Source: an uncultured Acidobacteriota bacterium
Lineage (GTDB): Bacteria; Actinomycetota; Acidimicrobiia; Spongiisociales; ZC4RG35
DNA: 64,000 nucleotides
Direction of reading: 5' to 3'
Assembly: GCA_963822895.1 (NCBI GenBank)
Contig: CAWGJI010000003.1
Span: 128,379 to 192,378 of the forward strand
Shown: piece by piece, positions 30,731 through 39,839 of the stretch
Layout of the letters: each line of letters opens with the position of its first letter
Position numbering within the stretch: the first letter of the stretch is position 1
The notes under the pieces: model-generated
Told to the model about the DNA's origin: nothing
Databases searched by the model: none
The model's input: only the letters and a program-made list of their open reading frames with translations
Translations under genes and position numbers: made by a program

Positions 30731-31719
30731 GAAACGGGGGCCATCTCGGTGACCGAGTCAGCGATCGTCTGCAGCAACTCCACGACGCGGGGGCCCCAAT
30801 TGGATGCCAGGTATGACTCGAGGGGGATGATTGCCCCACTGGCCACCGCCGTCATCTCATCCCAACCCGGCCTTTCGGCCAGGCTCTCGGGCGTGACTCC
30901 GTAGTCGACGTCGGCGAGAAATATCAGATCGGGGTCTTTGCTGACTATGTACTCGGAGGAGAGCTGGGGAAAGCCGATGCCGTCTGGATCAGCCTCGTCG
31001 GCGATGTTCTCCATCTTCAGCAGTGCATACACCTGGCCGAGGAAGCTGGAAGAGGATGCGGAATAGAGGGTCGAGTCCACCTCGTGATAGAAGGTCAGCC
31101 CATCCGACACGGGGGTCTCGGCCAGGATTCGATCGATGTCGGCCTTCATCGCCATTGCCACCAGGTCTGCCTGATCCGAATGACCGGTGGCGACACCAAG
31201 GGAGTGGATCTGGTCATAGGAGTCCTGGAGGGTCAGAGCCGTGGAGAGAAGCATGCTGGGGACGCCCACAGCAGCCAGACCCGTCTGGAGCTCGCCAGGG
31301 TCGAACGAGATCACGACCAGATCTGGCTCATAGCCGAGGATGGCCTCCAGATTGGGGCTGAAGCCGGAGAGGTCCGTGACCGGAGCCTCCTCGGGGTAGG
31401 TGGAGAACTCGTCGACCGCTATCACCTGATCGCCGGCGCCGATTGCGTAGAGCGTCTCTGTCGCCGTCGAGGACAGCGAGATCACCCGTGTCGGCCTGGC
31501 CTCGATCCTGACTTCCCCTCCTGGGAGGGTCACCACAGCGGGAAATTCCGGGTCGGTCGGCTGCGTCGATCCTGTCGTGGCGGTCTCCACCGTGGTGGTG
31601 GTCAGCGGGCCTGAGACGGTTCCAGTGGTACCGCCCGTGGTGCTCGACGAGTCCTGAGCTCCCGGGCTACACGCGCCCACGGCCAGGGCCAGAGCGAGAA
31701 TCGAAATGATCCCTTTCAT
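30727..31719 (-). CDS. btuF: ABC transporter periplasmic substrate-binding lipoprotein (BtuF/FhuD class)
   Basis: Lipobox LALAVGACS, Ser/Thr-rich linker, class III SBP length; AGGAGG RBS 6 nt upstream of ATG. Confidence 0.8.
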   Translation of the reverse strand: MKGIISILALALAVGACSPGAQDSSSTTGGTTGTVSGPLTTTTVETATTGSTQPTDPEFPAVVTLPGGEVRIEARPTRVISLSSTATETLYAIGAGDQVIAVDEFSTYPEEAPVTDLSGFSPNLEAILGYEPDLVVISFDPGELQTGLAAVGVPSMLLSTALTLQDSYDQIHSLGVATGHSDQADLVAMAMKADIDRILAETPVSDGLTFYHEVDSTLYSASSSSFLGQVYALLKMENIADEADPDGIGFPQLSSEYIVSKDPDLIFLADVDYGVTPESLAERPGWDEMTAVASGAIIPLESYLASNWGPRVVELLQTIADSVTEMAPVS

Positions 31720-31721
31720 GA

Positions 31722-31915
31722 AAACATCCTCCTGTCAAGGAGGATGAAGAGGTTGGAGGCTTCCCTGAGCCCACGTTTCCGTCTTCATCCGAGACTTTCA
31801 TCGTGGCCCTGGACGACCAGGCGACCTGGCTCGTCCCCCCGCCAGGGGGGCTTCACAGTTGCGGGACAGCGTCGGGTTCACACCGACTTCGCTGACTCCA
31901 GGGCACCCACCGACA
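31722..31915 (-). ncRNA. cobalamin (AdoCbl) riboswitch with RBS-sequestering expression platform
   Basis: Minus-strand leader contains GGTGTGAACCCGACGCTGTCCCGCAACTGTGAAGCC. This matches the B12-element consensus GGTGnnAAtCC...CCCGCCACTGTGA. A downstream GAGCCAGGTCGCCTGG resembles the AGCCAGGAGACCTGCC region. CATCCTCC...AGGAGGATG can pair to occlude the RBS. Confidence 0.62.
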
Positions 31916-31921
31916 AGTAGT

Positions 31922-31946
31922 GGGCCCGGCCATGATAGCCGGGCCC
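31922..31946 (-). terminator. perfect 9-bp GC hairpin, probable terminator of the HtrA-like gene (or 5' stem of riboswitch leader)
   Basis: gggcccggc-catgata-gccgggccc, 37 nt downstream of the HtrA-like stop; no U-tract. Confidence 0.35.
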
Positions 31947-31983
31947 ACTGGAGGGGGACCTGTCGGATCAAGCCGCCGTGCGG

Positions 31984-33264
31984 CTACCCGAGGTTGGCCG
32001 GCAGGTCACCGAAAGTCACACTCAACGTCGTCTCCTGACCGTTTCTCACCACGGTCATGTCGACGGTGGTGCCGGGGCGATGGGTCCGCACCTGGGCGGC
32101 AAGGCCTTCGATGCCCTGGACCGGGACCCCGTCGAGGGACACCACCAGATCACCAACCTCGATCCCTGCCTGGTCTGCGCCACTGTCCGGTGCGACCTCG
32201 GTGATCATCGCGCCCGCACGACCTGAGTCGACGTCCCGACCGACGACCCCGAGATAGGCGGTGCCGAGGTCCTCGCCATTGATGACGGCCTGGGCGATGT
32301 CATTCGCCACTGAAACCGGCACGGCGAACCCAACGCCGTCGTTGGCACCCGAGGCGCTGAAGATCGACACATTGATCCCGATGAGCCGTCCTTGACGATC
32401 GACGAGCGCACCACCGGAGTTGCCCGGGTTGATGGCAGCGTCGGTCTGCAACAGCGAACGGCAGTTGCCTCCGGGCTGCAGACAGCCGATCGGCTGATTG
32501 ACTGCCGAGACGATCCCCGCCGTCACGGTGCCCTGGAGACCCCACGGGCTGCCGACCGCGATCGCCATCTCCCCCACTCGAGGTGTGCTGTCGAGGGCGA
32601 GCTCCGCCGCCTGGAGATCTGTCCTGTCCACTTTGACCAAGGCGACGTCGGCATCAGACGTCCCTCCGAGCACTGATCCCTGGACTTGCTCCCCGTCATT
32701 CAGAACTACGGTGACAGTGTCATTGCCCGCCACCACGTGGGCGGCGGTGATGATCAGGCCGTCTGAGTTGTAGACCACCCCTGAGCCGACTCCATCGGCG
32801 CTTTGTATCTGCACGACCGAGGGGAGGATCACCTCTGCGGCATCGGCCACCGGCTCTCCACCCGCGACGATCGGTGTGCTGTCCTGGCCCTCATTGGCCG
32901 ATGCCACGGTTGTGGCCGTCGTGGCGGTCTCCTGTCGGGTGGTGAGCAAGTAGGTGATGCCGGCCGAAGAGGCGACCAGCACGACCGCCAACAAAACCAT
33001 GAGCCACGCCGACCTACCCCGTGGCCGCCGAGTGACGGTTGGGGGTGCAACGGGCGGCGGAACCTGGCCGACATGATTCGGCCCCGGCATCGATGGCGTC
33101 GACTCGACGCCAGGCTCGAGGTCGGACACGTCCACCGACTCGGGAGCGGGGTCGACCGCGGGGGCGAACGTTGCCCTGGGATCTTCCTCGATCGGGGTTG
33201 GGTCCGGCTCGGTCAGGACAGAATTCTCCTGTGCCTGATCGGCCGGATCGGTGCTTTCATTCAC
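31984..33264 (-). CDS. pepD: HtrA/DegP-family trypsin-like serine protease with C-terminal PDZ domain (PepD-like)
   Basis: Pro-rich N-terminus plus TM anchor; catalytic triad context TAAHVV, DVALVKV, GNSGGAL; C-terminal PDZ. Confidence 0.85.
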   Translation of the reverse strand: MNESTDPADQAQENSVLTEPDPTPIEEDPRATFAPAVDPAPESVDVSDLEPGVESTPSMPGPNHVGQVPPPVAPPTVTRRPRGRSAWLMVLLAVVLVASSAGITYLLTTRQETATTATTVASANEGQDSTPIVAGGEPVADAAEVILPSVVQIQSADGVGSGVVYNSDGLIITAAHVVAGNDTVTVVLNDGEQVQGSVLGGTSDADVALVKVDRTDLQAAELALDSTPRVGEMAIAVGSPWGLQGTVTAGIVSAVNQPIGCLQPGGNCRSLLQTDAAINPGNSGGALVDRQGRLIGINVSIFSASGANDGVGFAVPVSVANDIAQAVINGEDLGTAYLGVVGRDVDSGRAGAMITEVAPDSGADQAGIEVGDLVVSLDGVPVQGIEGLAAQVRTHRPGTTVDMTVVRNGQETTLSVTFGDLPANLG

Positions 33265-33305
33265 GATTTGAACCTCCTGGTGTGGTCAACGGTACCGACG
33301 GCTCT

Positions 33306-34460
33306 TTAAGGGTTGGTAAAGGGGGAGACAGCCGGATGTGAGTTTTCCGGCTCATCGATTGGCAGCCAGATGATCATGGTGACTCCCTTACCCCCTACAC
33401 CAGGTCGATCAACCAGGACCCCACCGTGTGCCGCGGCAATCTGTTCGACGATGGACAGGCCGAGACCGACCCTGCCTCCGTCGGGCTCATCGGGGAGACC
33501 GGGCCCACTGTCTTGGACCGCCAGCCAGGCCCAATCACCCTCCAAACCACTTCCAACCCGTATCGAGGAACCCTTTGGCGCCACGCGAAGTGCGTTGTCG
33601 ATGAGATTCGTCAGGGCGCGATCGAGAGCGACCTCGACACCCTGGACGACCGCGGGTGATGCCACAGTCTCCATCGTCACGCCCTTCTGGGACACCAGGC
33701 TGGCGAACTCGGCGGCCTTCTCCCTGACGAGGGCGGCCAGATCCAATGTGACAGCCTGGGCCTTGCCAGTCTGGAGGCGAGCCGTGGCCAGCAGCCCGTC
33801 GATCATATGAGACATCTTCTCGACATTTCTCTGGACGATGCCACCGACCTCTTTCCAATCCTCGACTTGAGCGTCCCCGTCACCAGCCACCACTTCAACG
33901 TTGGAGCGGATCACGCTCAGAGGCGTTCGGAGGTCATGACTGGTGTCGGCGAGGAATTGCCTCTGGCTGGAGAATGCCTGATCGAGACGCCCGAGCATCT
34001 CGTCGAATGTGGAGGCGAGACGGGTGAGCTCGTCATCCGGCCCCTCCAGGGCTATGCGACGGCTGAGGTCCGACGCCTGAATGTCCCGCGCCACCTGGGT
34101 TATCTCCTCGACCGGCTTGAGTACCCGGCCCGACATGACCCAGCCCACCACGAGGGAGAGCAGGAAGAGAAGGGCCAGGGCGAAGAGGGTGAACCTGGCC
34201 ACCTCGTTGAGGACGATCTGGTTGTAGATCGACTCGATCATCCTCATCTCGTGGGCCTCCAACGCCGGGATGACCCCTATCTGGACACCATTTTGGAAGA
34301 CGGGACGACCGGTCCACATGAACTGTGTCATGGTCTGGGTCTCCAGCCACCGGCGAAGGGCCAGGTAGACCAACCCGAGCAGAGCACCGCCCAGCCCGAA
34401 GACGACCGCCGAATACTGGACCGAGAGACGGAACCGTATCGAGCGAAAGATCAAAGGCAT
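33306..34460 (-). CDS. mprB: sensor histidine kinase (two TM, HAMP, HisKA, HATPase_c), MprB-like
   Basis: Two TM helices, HAMP, H-box ADTSHDLRTPL, N/G boxes; overlaps response regulator stop. Confidence 0.8.
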   Translation of the reverse strand: MPLIFRSIRFRLSVQYSAVVFGLGGALLGLVYLALRRWLETQTMTQFMWTGRPVFQNGVQIGVIPALEAHEMRMIESIYNQIVLNEVARFTLFALALLFLLSLVVGWVMSGRVLKPVEEITQVARDIQASDLSRRIALEGPDDELTRLASTFDEMLGRLDQAFSSQRQFLADTSHDLRTPLSVIRSNVEVVAGDGDAQVEDWKEVGGIVQRNVEKMSHMIDGLLATARLQTGKAQAVTLDLAALVREKAAEFASLVSQKGVTMETVASPAVVQGVEVALDRALTNLIDNALRVAPKGSSIRVGSGLEGDWAWLAVQDSGPGLPDEPDGGRVGLGLSIVEQIAAAHGGVLVDRPGVGGKGVTMIIWLPIDEPENSHPAVSPFTNP

Positions 34461-35143
34461 CAGTCTTGAAGCCTGTACCCGCGACCGGGCACCGTCGAGA
34501 TCAGAGGGGGCTCACCGAGCTTCTTGCGAAGATTGCTCACCGTCACTCGGACCACATTGGTCAACGGATCCGCCATCTCGTCCCAGACATGCTCGAGGAG
34601 ATGCTCCTGGCTGAGAACCACCCCGGCGTGTGCCATGAAGTAGTGGAGCAGGGAGAACTCCTTCGCAGTGAGATCCAGGGGATCCGAGTCGCGTGTCGCT
34701 TCGAAACGGGCAGCGTCCAGTCGAAGGCCGCCGACCTCGATGACGGGGTCGACCTCGTCCTCTCGCCTCAACAGCGACCGGACCCGGGCCGAGAGCTCGG
34801 CAAAGGCGAAGGGCTTCACCAGATAATCATCCGCTCCGGAGTCCAGTCCCGCCACACGATCCTCGATGTCGTCCCGGGCCGTCAGCATGAGAATGCGCGG
34901 TCGGTTTCCCTCCAGGGTTGGGAGAGAGCCCTCCACGAGTCTTCGGCACAGGCCCAGCCCCGAGCCGTCCGGGAGATTCCAGTCGAGGCACACGAGGTCA
35001 TATCCGGCCGTCCGAAGCTTCACGTCTGCGTCCATCGCGGTCAATGCGACGTCAACGGCGTGGCCATCCCGCCGCAGGCCACGGGCGATGGCGTTGGCCA
35101 GATCCGGCTCGTCTTCGACAACAAGGAGGCGCACTTGGGCCAA
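34460..35143 (-). CDS. mprA: OmpR-family response regulator, MprA-like
   Basis: LLVVEDEPDL receiver with phospho-Asp (LDWNLPDGSG), C-terminal winged-helix (TVSNLRKKL). Confidence 0.85.
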   Translation of the reverse strand: MAQVRLLVVEDEPDLANAIARGLRRDGHAVDVALTAMDADVKLRTAGYDLVCLDWNLPDGSGLGLCRRLVEGSLPTLEGNRPRILMLTARDDIEDRVAGLDSGADDYLVKPFAFAELSARVRSLLRREDEVDPVIEVGGLRLDAARFEATRDSDPLDLTAKEFSLLHYFMAHAGVVLSQEHLLEHVWDEMADPLTNVVRVTVSNLRKKLGEPPLISTVPGRGYRLQD

Positions 35144-35269
35144 AAGCTATCCGAAATCGGGTAAGGATCGAATAAACCTGGCATAAGCGGGTAAAGGGAC
35201 CAGTATGGGCTGTCGGACCTATCAACCTTTTGCAACCAATTGCCGATGAGGTGAGTCGGAGTACTTGAA

Positions 35270-35446
35270 ATGGTCATCACATTCATCACTGAAGACACAA
35301 GCGGGTTTCACACCTACACCGGGCACGTCGTCAGCCGTGGCCCGTCCACGATCGTCCTGATGTTGACCGAGCCGTTCAGCATGGCCGGTCGCTCGGTGCA
35401 GTTCCCCAAGGACACCGTCGTCGAAGAGAAGGTCATCTCAGCCTGA
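35270..35446 (+). CDS. possible small protein (58 aa), unannotated
   Basis: ATG with GGAG 10 nt upstream, 58 codons in a 350-bp intergenic region; below the ORF-track size cutoff; no homology recognised. Confidence 0.25.
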   Translation: MVITFITEDTSGFHTYTGHVVSRGPSTIVLMLTEPFSMAGRSVQFPKDTVVEEKVISA

Positions 35447-35499
35447 CCCGCACCAGGTTGGTGCATCGACACGACGGCAATTCTGCGTAACCTGTACTC

Positions 35500-35763
35500 A
35501 TGTTCCTCGACGCCGGCGTCTGGCAGTCAATCGCGATCGTGGGTGGCGTCGGTGCCCTGGCCGGTCTCATCGGCGGTTTCATCGGCAGCGCCGACAGTCT
35601 CTTCGGCACGCTTCTCATGGGCGCCATCGGGGGCGTGGCCGGTGCCACGATCATGAGAATCGGCGGCGCACCAGGCATATACACGGTCGGTGACGGCTTC
35701 TCCATCATCTGGGCCGCGGCTGGCGGGCTCATCCTCGGGTTCGTGGTCGGAAAGGCCAACTGA
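35500..35763 (+). CDS. GlsB/YeaQ/YmgE family stress-response membrane protein
   Basis: 87 aa, glycine-zipper helices GGVGALAGLIGGFIGS and GAIGGVAGATIM typical of the family. Confidence 0.7.
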   Translation: MFLDAGVWQSIAIVGGVGALAGLIGGFIGSADSLFGTLLMGAIGGVAGATIMRIGGAPGIYTVGDGFSIIWAAAGGLILGFVVGKAN

Positions 35764-35918
35764 GTCCGGGCCGAAGACGAGACCCTCGTCTCGTCACCCT
35801 GGCAAGCCCCAAGTCGGAGCCCTTCGTTTCCGCCCCTCCACTTTCGGGTACTGATTCCTTGTGCGATCGAGCCTTCGAGCTGATCGTCTTTCTGATCAAT
35901 CAACCAAAGGAATCGGTA

Positions 35919-36371
35919 ATGAGACCAAATAAGTTATGGGCGGCACTCACTTGCGTGGCGCTGTTGATCGGCGCCTGTGCCGGCACCGACACGAGCAACA
36001 GCACAACCACCACGGACAGTGGATCGGTCGCGAGCACAACCTCGACGACCAAGGCCACCAATGGCGGGGACATGGGAGCCACCGTCACCGCACTTCAGGA
36101 CGAGGTGAACAGCTTCACCCAGTCGGTTCAGGATTCCCAGGCTTCGGCCGAGATCGGCAGTGCATGGACCGACCTGCAATCCAAGCTGGCCGTCTCGCTG
36201 GCGTCGTTGCAGACCGATGGCACCGTGGACACCGAAGCCCTCCAGAAGGATCTCGATGACTTCGAGGCCGTGCTCAATGATGCCGCCAGCAGCATCGAGC
36301 CCGAGGTTCGCGACTCTTGGGACACGCTCCGCGCACAGTTCGAGGACGTGATGAGTCAGCTCGGCAGCTGA
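35919..36371 (+). CDS. secreted lipoprotein, hypothetical
   Basis: Signal peptide with lipobox LLIGACAG, Ser/Thr-rich linker, acidic helical domain. Confidence 0.5.
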   Translation: MRPNKLWAALTCVALLIGACAGTDTSNSTTTTDSGSVASTTSTTKATNGGDMGATVTALQDEVNSFTQSVQDSQASAEIGSAWTDLQSKLAVSLASLQTDGTVDTEALQKDLDDFEAVLNDAASSIEPEVRDSWDTLRAQFEDVMSQLGS

Positions 36372-36393
36372 CGACCGAGATCGCATCGACGTC

Positions 36394-36428
36394 GAGGGGG
36401 CCCCTTCATATGGGGTCCCCTCCTCTTT
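36394..36428 (+). terminator. intrinsic terminator hairpin (possibly bidirectional)
   Basis: gagggggcccc-ttcatat-ggggtcccctc followed by cTCTTTTG; lies between convergent genes ending at 36371 and 36441. Confidence 0.45.
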
Positions 36429-36440
36429 TGCCGACACGAT

Positions 36441-37946
36441 TCAGCTGGGACGGGCGCCGAACTTGGAGCGGACCGCAAGCCAGGCCAACGTGCCCGCCAC
36501 CAATGCGTAGGCAGAGATCCCAGCGAAGAGGGAGAGCGGGGCCGCCTCACCCCTGAACATGACATCGTCCAGCCCTCTGACACCGTACGTCGCCGGCAGC
36601 AGGTAGGAGAGGGACCTGACAGCGGGCCTCAGCTGCTCCAAGGGGAGGATGAAGCCGCTGAAGAAGATCGAGAACATCAGGATGATCATCGAGTACTGGA
36701 CAGCCTGGCTGTCGGTTGCGGCCACACCCGAGATCGCAAATCCCACACCCAGTGCCGCGAGGAGGACGAGGCCGATGACAGTCGCGTAGGCCCAGATAGG
36801 GCCGGCTATCTGAAGGCCGAGGGCGATCATGGCAATGGTCAGCGCCAACGCGACAGTGCCACCGATGATCAGGAACGCCAGATACTTTCCAACGAGAGAC
36901 TCGCCAACTGAGAGTGGAGATGCGCGGAACACATCGGTTATCCCCAACTCCTTGTCCTTGACCAGCGACAGGGCAGCAAAGGTGATCGCCAGATGCTGCA
37001 AGAGGACGATGAGCACGCCGGGGGCGTAGAACGCCGCGGCGGACGGAGGGCCATCGACCAGAGGACGGACATCGGCGGCGAACGGGCTCACGATCAGCTC
37101 GGGGTCCATCGATCGAACCTGCTCGATTTGTGCGTCGAGATCCTCCAGCGCCTTCTGGGTCTTCTGCGCCTCCTGCAAGGTCATGACAGTGGCGGGATCG
37201 TCCACTCCTACACTTTCGAGTAACCCGCTCGCCCGATCCCTCGGCTCGGAGCCCAGGGCGCTCGCCACGTTGTCATACAGCCGGCCGCCGGCACTTCCGT
37301 CACCATCGACCCCGGCCAGACTGTCGACGAGGTCGGCCTGGTGTCTGGCCGCCGCCGCATGATCACCTTGCTCCAGTGATCGCACCAGGTCTCCCGCATC
37401 CTGTCGAGCCGACTCCACCGCCTGACCGACGTCGGAGGAGTCGGCTTGGAGCTGATCCACCACCCCGGCGAGGACGTGCCGATTTATCTCGTTGACGGAC
37501 AATCGTGACAACAACCTCAGATTGCTGGTCAGGACCGGGTCCACCTCGGAGTGCACGATGGTGATCGAGGCGCGCTCCCCTCGATCCAGGCTCTCCAGTG
37601 CATCGGAGGGTGCGATGATCACGAGGTCGACGTCCCCCCGCTCCAGACGACTCAATGCAGAAGTCGTGTCCGTCGTGGTGCCCTCCAGCTCGATCCCCCC
37701 GCCAAAGGACTGGCTCAGGTCACCCAGGTCGGTGGCGAGGGAAGCCGACTCACTGGGAACCACGACCAGCGTTCGCAATGGGTCCGGTGTCTGGCGGTAT
37801 CCAAGGCCGAACAAGAAGAGGATGAGGAACGGGCCAACGACGAGAGTCAGGAGCAACCTCGGCTGCCGCCACACACTGAGCAGCTCCTTGCGAACGAATG
37901 CAAAGCTACGAATGAAGGGAGAAGTCCACCGACTGCGAACCGGCAT
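36441..37946 (-). CDS. ABC-2 family permease with large extracytoplasmic domain
   Basis: N-terminal TM, ~300-aa soluble insert with coiled-coil, C-terminal 5 TM; stop/start overlap with ATPase gene. Confidence 0.7.
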   Translation of the reverse strand: MPVRSRWTSPFIRSFAFVRKELLSVWRQPRLLLTLVVGPFLILFLFGLGYRQTPDPLRTLVVVPSESASLATDLGDLSQSFGGGIELEGTTTDTTSALSRLERGDVDLVIIAPSDALESLDRGERASITIVHSEVDPVLTSNLRLLSRLSVNEINRHVLAGVVDQLQADSSDVGQAVESARQDAGDLVRSLEQGDHAAAARHQADLVDSLAGVDGDGSAGGRLYDNVASALGSEPRDRASGLLESVGVDDPATVMTLQEAQKTQKALEDLDAQIEQVRSMDPELIVSPFAADVRPLVDGPPSAAAFYAPGVLIVLLQHLAITFAALSLVKDKELGITDVFRASPLSVGESLVGKYLAFLIIGGTVALALTIAMIALGLQIAGPIWAYATVIGLVLLAALGVGFAISGVAATDSQAVQYSMIILMFSIFFSGFILPLEQLRPAVRSLSYLLPATYGVRGLDDVMFRGEAAPLSLFAGISAYALVAGTLAWLAVRSKFGARPS

Positions 37947-38905
37947 CAGACCTGATCCTCATCGGCTGCTTGCCCATCGAGCTGCTCGATGATCTCGACG
38001 AACACGTCGTCGAATGGCGGGGCATACGGGTCCGCCGTCTCGAGCTCCAGTCCGCGGGACGATGCCCACTCGGCGATCCTGGGTGACGCGGCGCCGGCAT
38101 CGGGCACCACGATCCGGAGTGAGCGCTGATCGAGCCAACTCATGTCGGTGACCCAGTCGAGGGCCTCGAGCTCGTCCAATCGCTGCCGCGACGGGCGCAC
38201 GTTGAAGACCAGGTGCAGGATCTCACCGCCGAAGGCGAGCTTTCTCAAGTCGTCCGGGCCTTCGAAGGCGAGGATCCGACCGTCGGCCAGGACTCCGACC
38301 CGATCGCAGTAGGCCGCCTCTCCGACATATTGGGTGGTGACGAGGATGGTGGCTCCTGTGCCCGCAAGCATTTCGAAGTGATCCCAAAACTTGCGACGAA
38401 GCACGGGGTCGACCCCGGCGGTGGGCTCGTCGAGGAAAAGCAGATCCGGTTGATGCAAGAGGGTTGCCGCCAGCGCCATCCGACGCTTCTCACCACCCGA
38501 CGCATTGCGCAGCAGGCGATCGCCCATGTCGGAGAGATCGACCAATCCGAGTGTCTCGTCGAGACGCTTGGACCTGCGGTAGGGAAGCCCGTAGACAGAT
38601 GCGGCGAAGTTGAGATTCTCACGCAGGGTCAGATCGGGATAGAAAAGTGAATCCTGGGCCATGTAGCCGATACGCCCCTTCATCTCGGGTCGAAAGCGGA
38701 GGGGGTCCTGTCCCATCACAACGATCTCGCCGGCGTCCGGCGCCAGGAGCCCGGTGAGCAGACGCACCGTCGTTGTCTTGCCCGAGCCACTCGGCCCGAT
38801 GAGACCGATGATCGAGCCCTTCTCGATCTCGATCTGGAGGTCGAAGACGCCCGCCCCACCCGCATAGCGCTTGGTGAGACCCGAAGTAGAGACGATCGGA
38901 TTCAT
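37946..38905 (-). CDS. ABC transporter ATP-binding protein
   Basis: GLIGPSGSGKTT Walker A, ASGGEKRRMALA signature, LFLDEPTAGVD Walker B. Confidence 0.85.
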   Translation of the reverse strand: MNPIVSTSGLTKRYAGGAGVFDLQIEIEKGSIIGLIGPSGSGKTTTVRLLTGLLAPDAGEIVVMGQDPLRFRPEMKGRIGYMAQDSLFYPDLTLRENLNFAASVYGLPYRRSKRLDETLGLVDLSDMGDRLLRNASGGEKRRMALAATLLHQPDLLFLDEPTAGVDPVLRRKFWDHFEMLAGTGATILVTTQYVGEAAYCDRVGVLADGRILAFEGPDDLRKLAFGGEILHLVFNVRPSRQRLDELEALDWVTDMSWLDQRSLRIVVPDAGAASPRIAEWASSRGLELETADPYAPPFDDVFVEIIEQLDGQAADEDQV

Positions 38906-38993
38906 CAACAGGGGGTACCCGACCTCCCTGATTCTCAATCAGCGAGGGGAGACCCCCGTTTCCGGAGGTCCAGACTCGGGTAACGAGAGTGGA

Positions 38994-39815
38994 ATGGAAC
39001 CTCAGATGGTTGTGACGACGCACCGCCTCTGGCGCCTGAAGGCTATCGGCGTCGTCGCATTGATTGCCTCGGTGCTCGCCGCCGCTCTCGGTTGGGTGCT
39101 CGTCGGTGTGGTGGCGAACGACCTCCGCGAGTCGGTCAGCGTGTCCGATTCGGCCGTGTTCGCCCTTGGCGAGACGGTGGATCTGGTGGAGCGAGTCACC
39201 AACGAGTTGGACACCGGCCTCACAGCGGCCGGAGAAGGCATCAGCGCCGCCTCATCGACGACCGAGATGGCAGCGACCCAATTGTCGGATATCGCAGATT
39301 TCCTGGACGGGCCTTTGCAGAGTGACATAGAGACGCTTCAGGGGACGATGCCGGCAGCAGTGCAGGCAGCTGCGACCGTCGACACGACGATGAGGGCCCT
39401 GTCGCTCTTCGGGGTGGACTATTCGCCGGAAAGGCCCTTCGATGAGTCACTGCGTGCCGTCGAGACCGCCCTGGAGGGGTTGCCGGCGGAGTTGACTCAA
39501 CAGGCCGACGCCATTCGCGCCTTGGTGCCCACTGCATCCCAGTTCTCAGTGGATGCAGCCAATCTGGCCGGCTCCTTCGACTCTCTCACCAGCGAGTTGT
39601 CGAGCACACGCGGAGTGGTCGACTCCTATCGCACGGCGCTGGATCAGGCCGAGTCGGTGGTAATCCAAACCGACGGCGCCGTCACACGCAACACCTGGCT
39701 ACTCCGTGCGTTGATACTGATCTTTGCCTTGCTGGGCTCGGCGCTCTCGATCGGAATGATCAGCGTCGGGCGATTGGCCGACCCCATCCCGGGCCAGAAG
39801 CAGCTTCCCGGTTGA
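38994..39815 (+). CDS. hypothetical membrane protein with coiled-coil extracellular region
   Basis: N- and C-terminal TM helices flanking an Ala/Thr-rich helical region. Confidence 0.45.
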   Translation: MEPQMVVTTHRLWRLKAIGVVALIASVLAAALGWVLVGVVANDLRESVSVSDSAVFALGETVDLVERVTNELDTGLTAAGEGISAASSTTEMAATQLSDIADFLDGPLQSDIETLQGTMPAAVQAAATVDTTMRALSLFGVDYSPERPFDESLRAVETALEGLPAELTQQADAIRALVPTASQFSVDAANLAGSFDSLTSELSSTRGVVDSYRTALDQAESVVIQTDGAVTRNTWLLRALILIFALLGSALSIGMISVGRLADPIPGQKQLPG

Positions 39816-39839
39816 TTGTGATCGAACGCCTACGTCCGC

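Noticed and set aside
29701-30839. N-terminal 380 aa of the 631-aa ORF 28944..30839
   Set aside because: ABC ATPase homology starts at the internal Met (29700). The upstream stretch is Arg/Pro/Gly-rich nonsense overlapping the FecCD permease gene in another frame.
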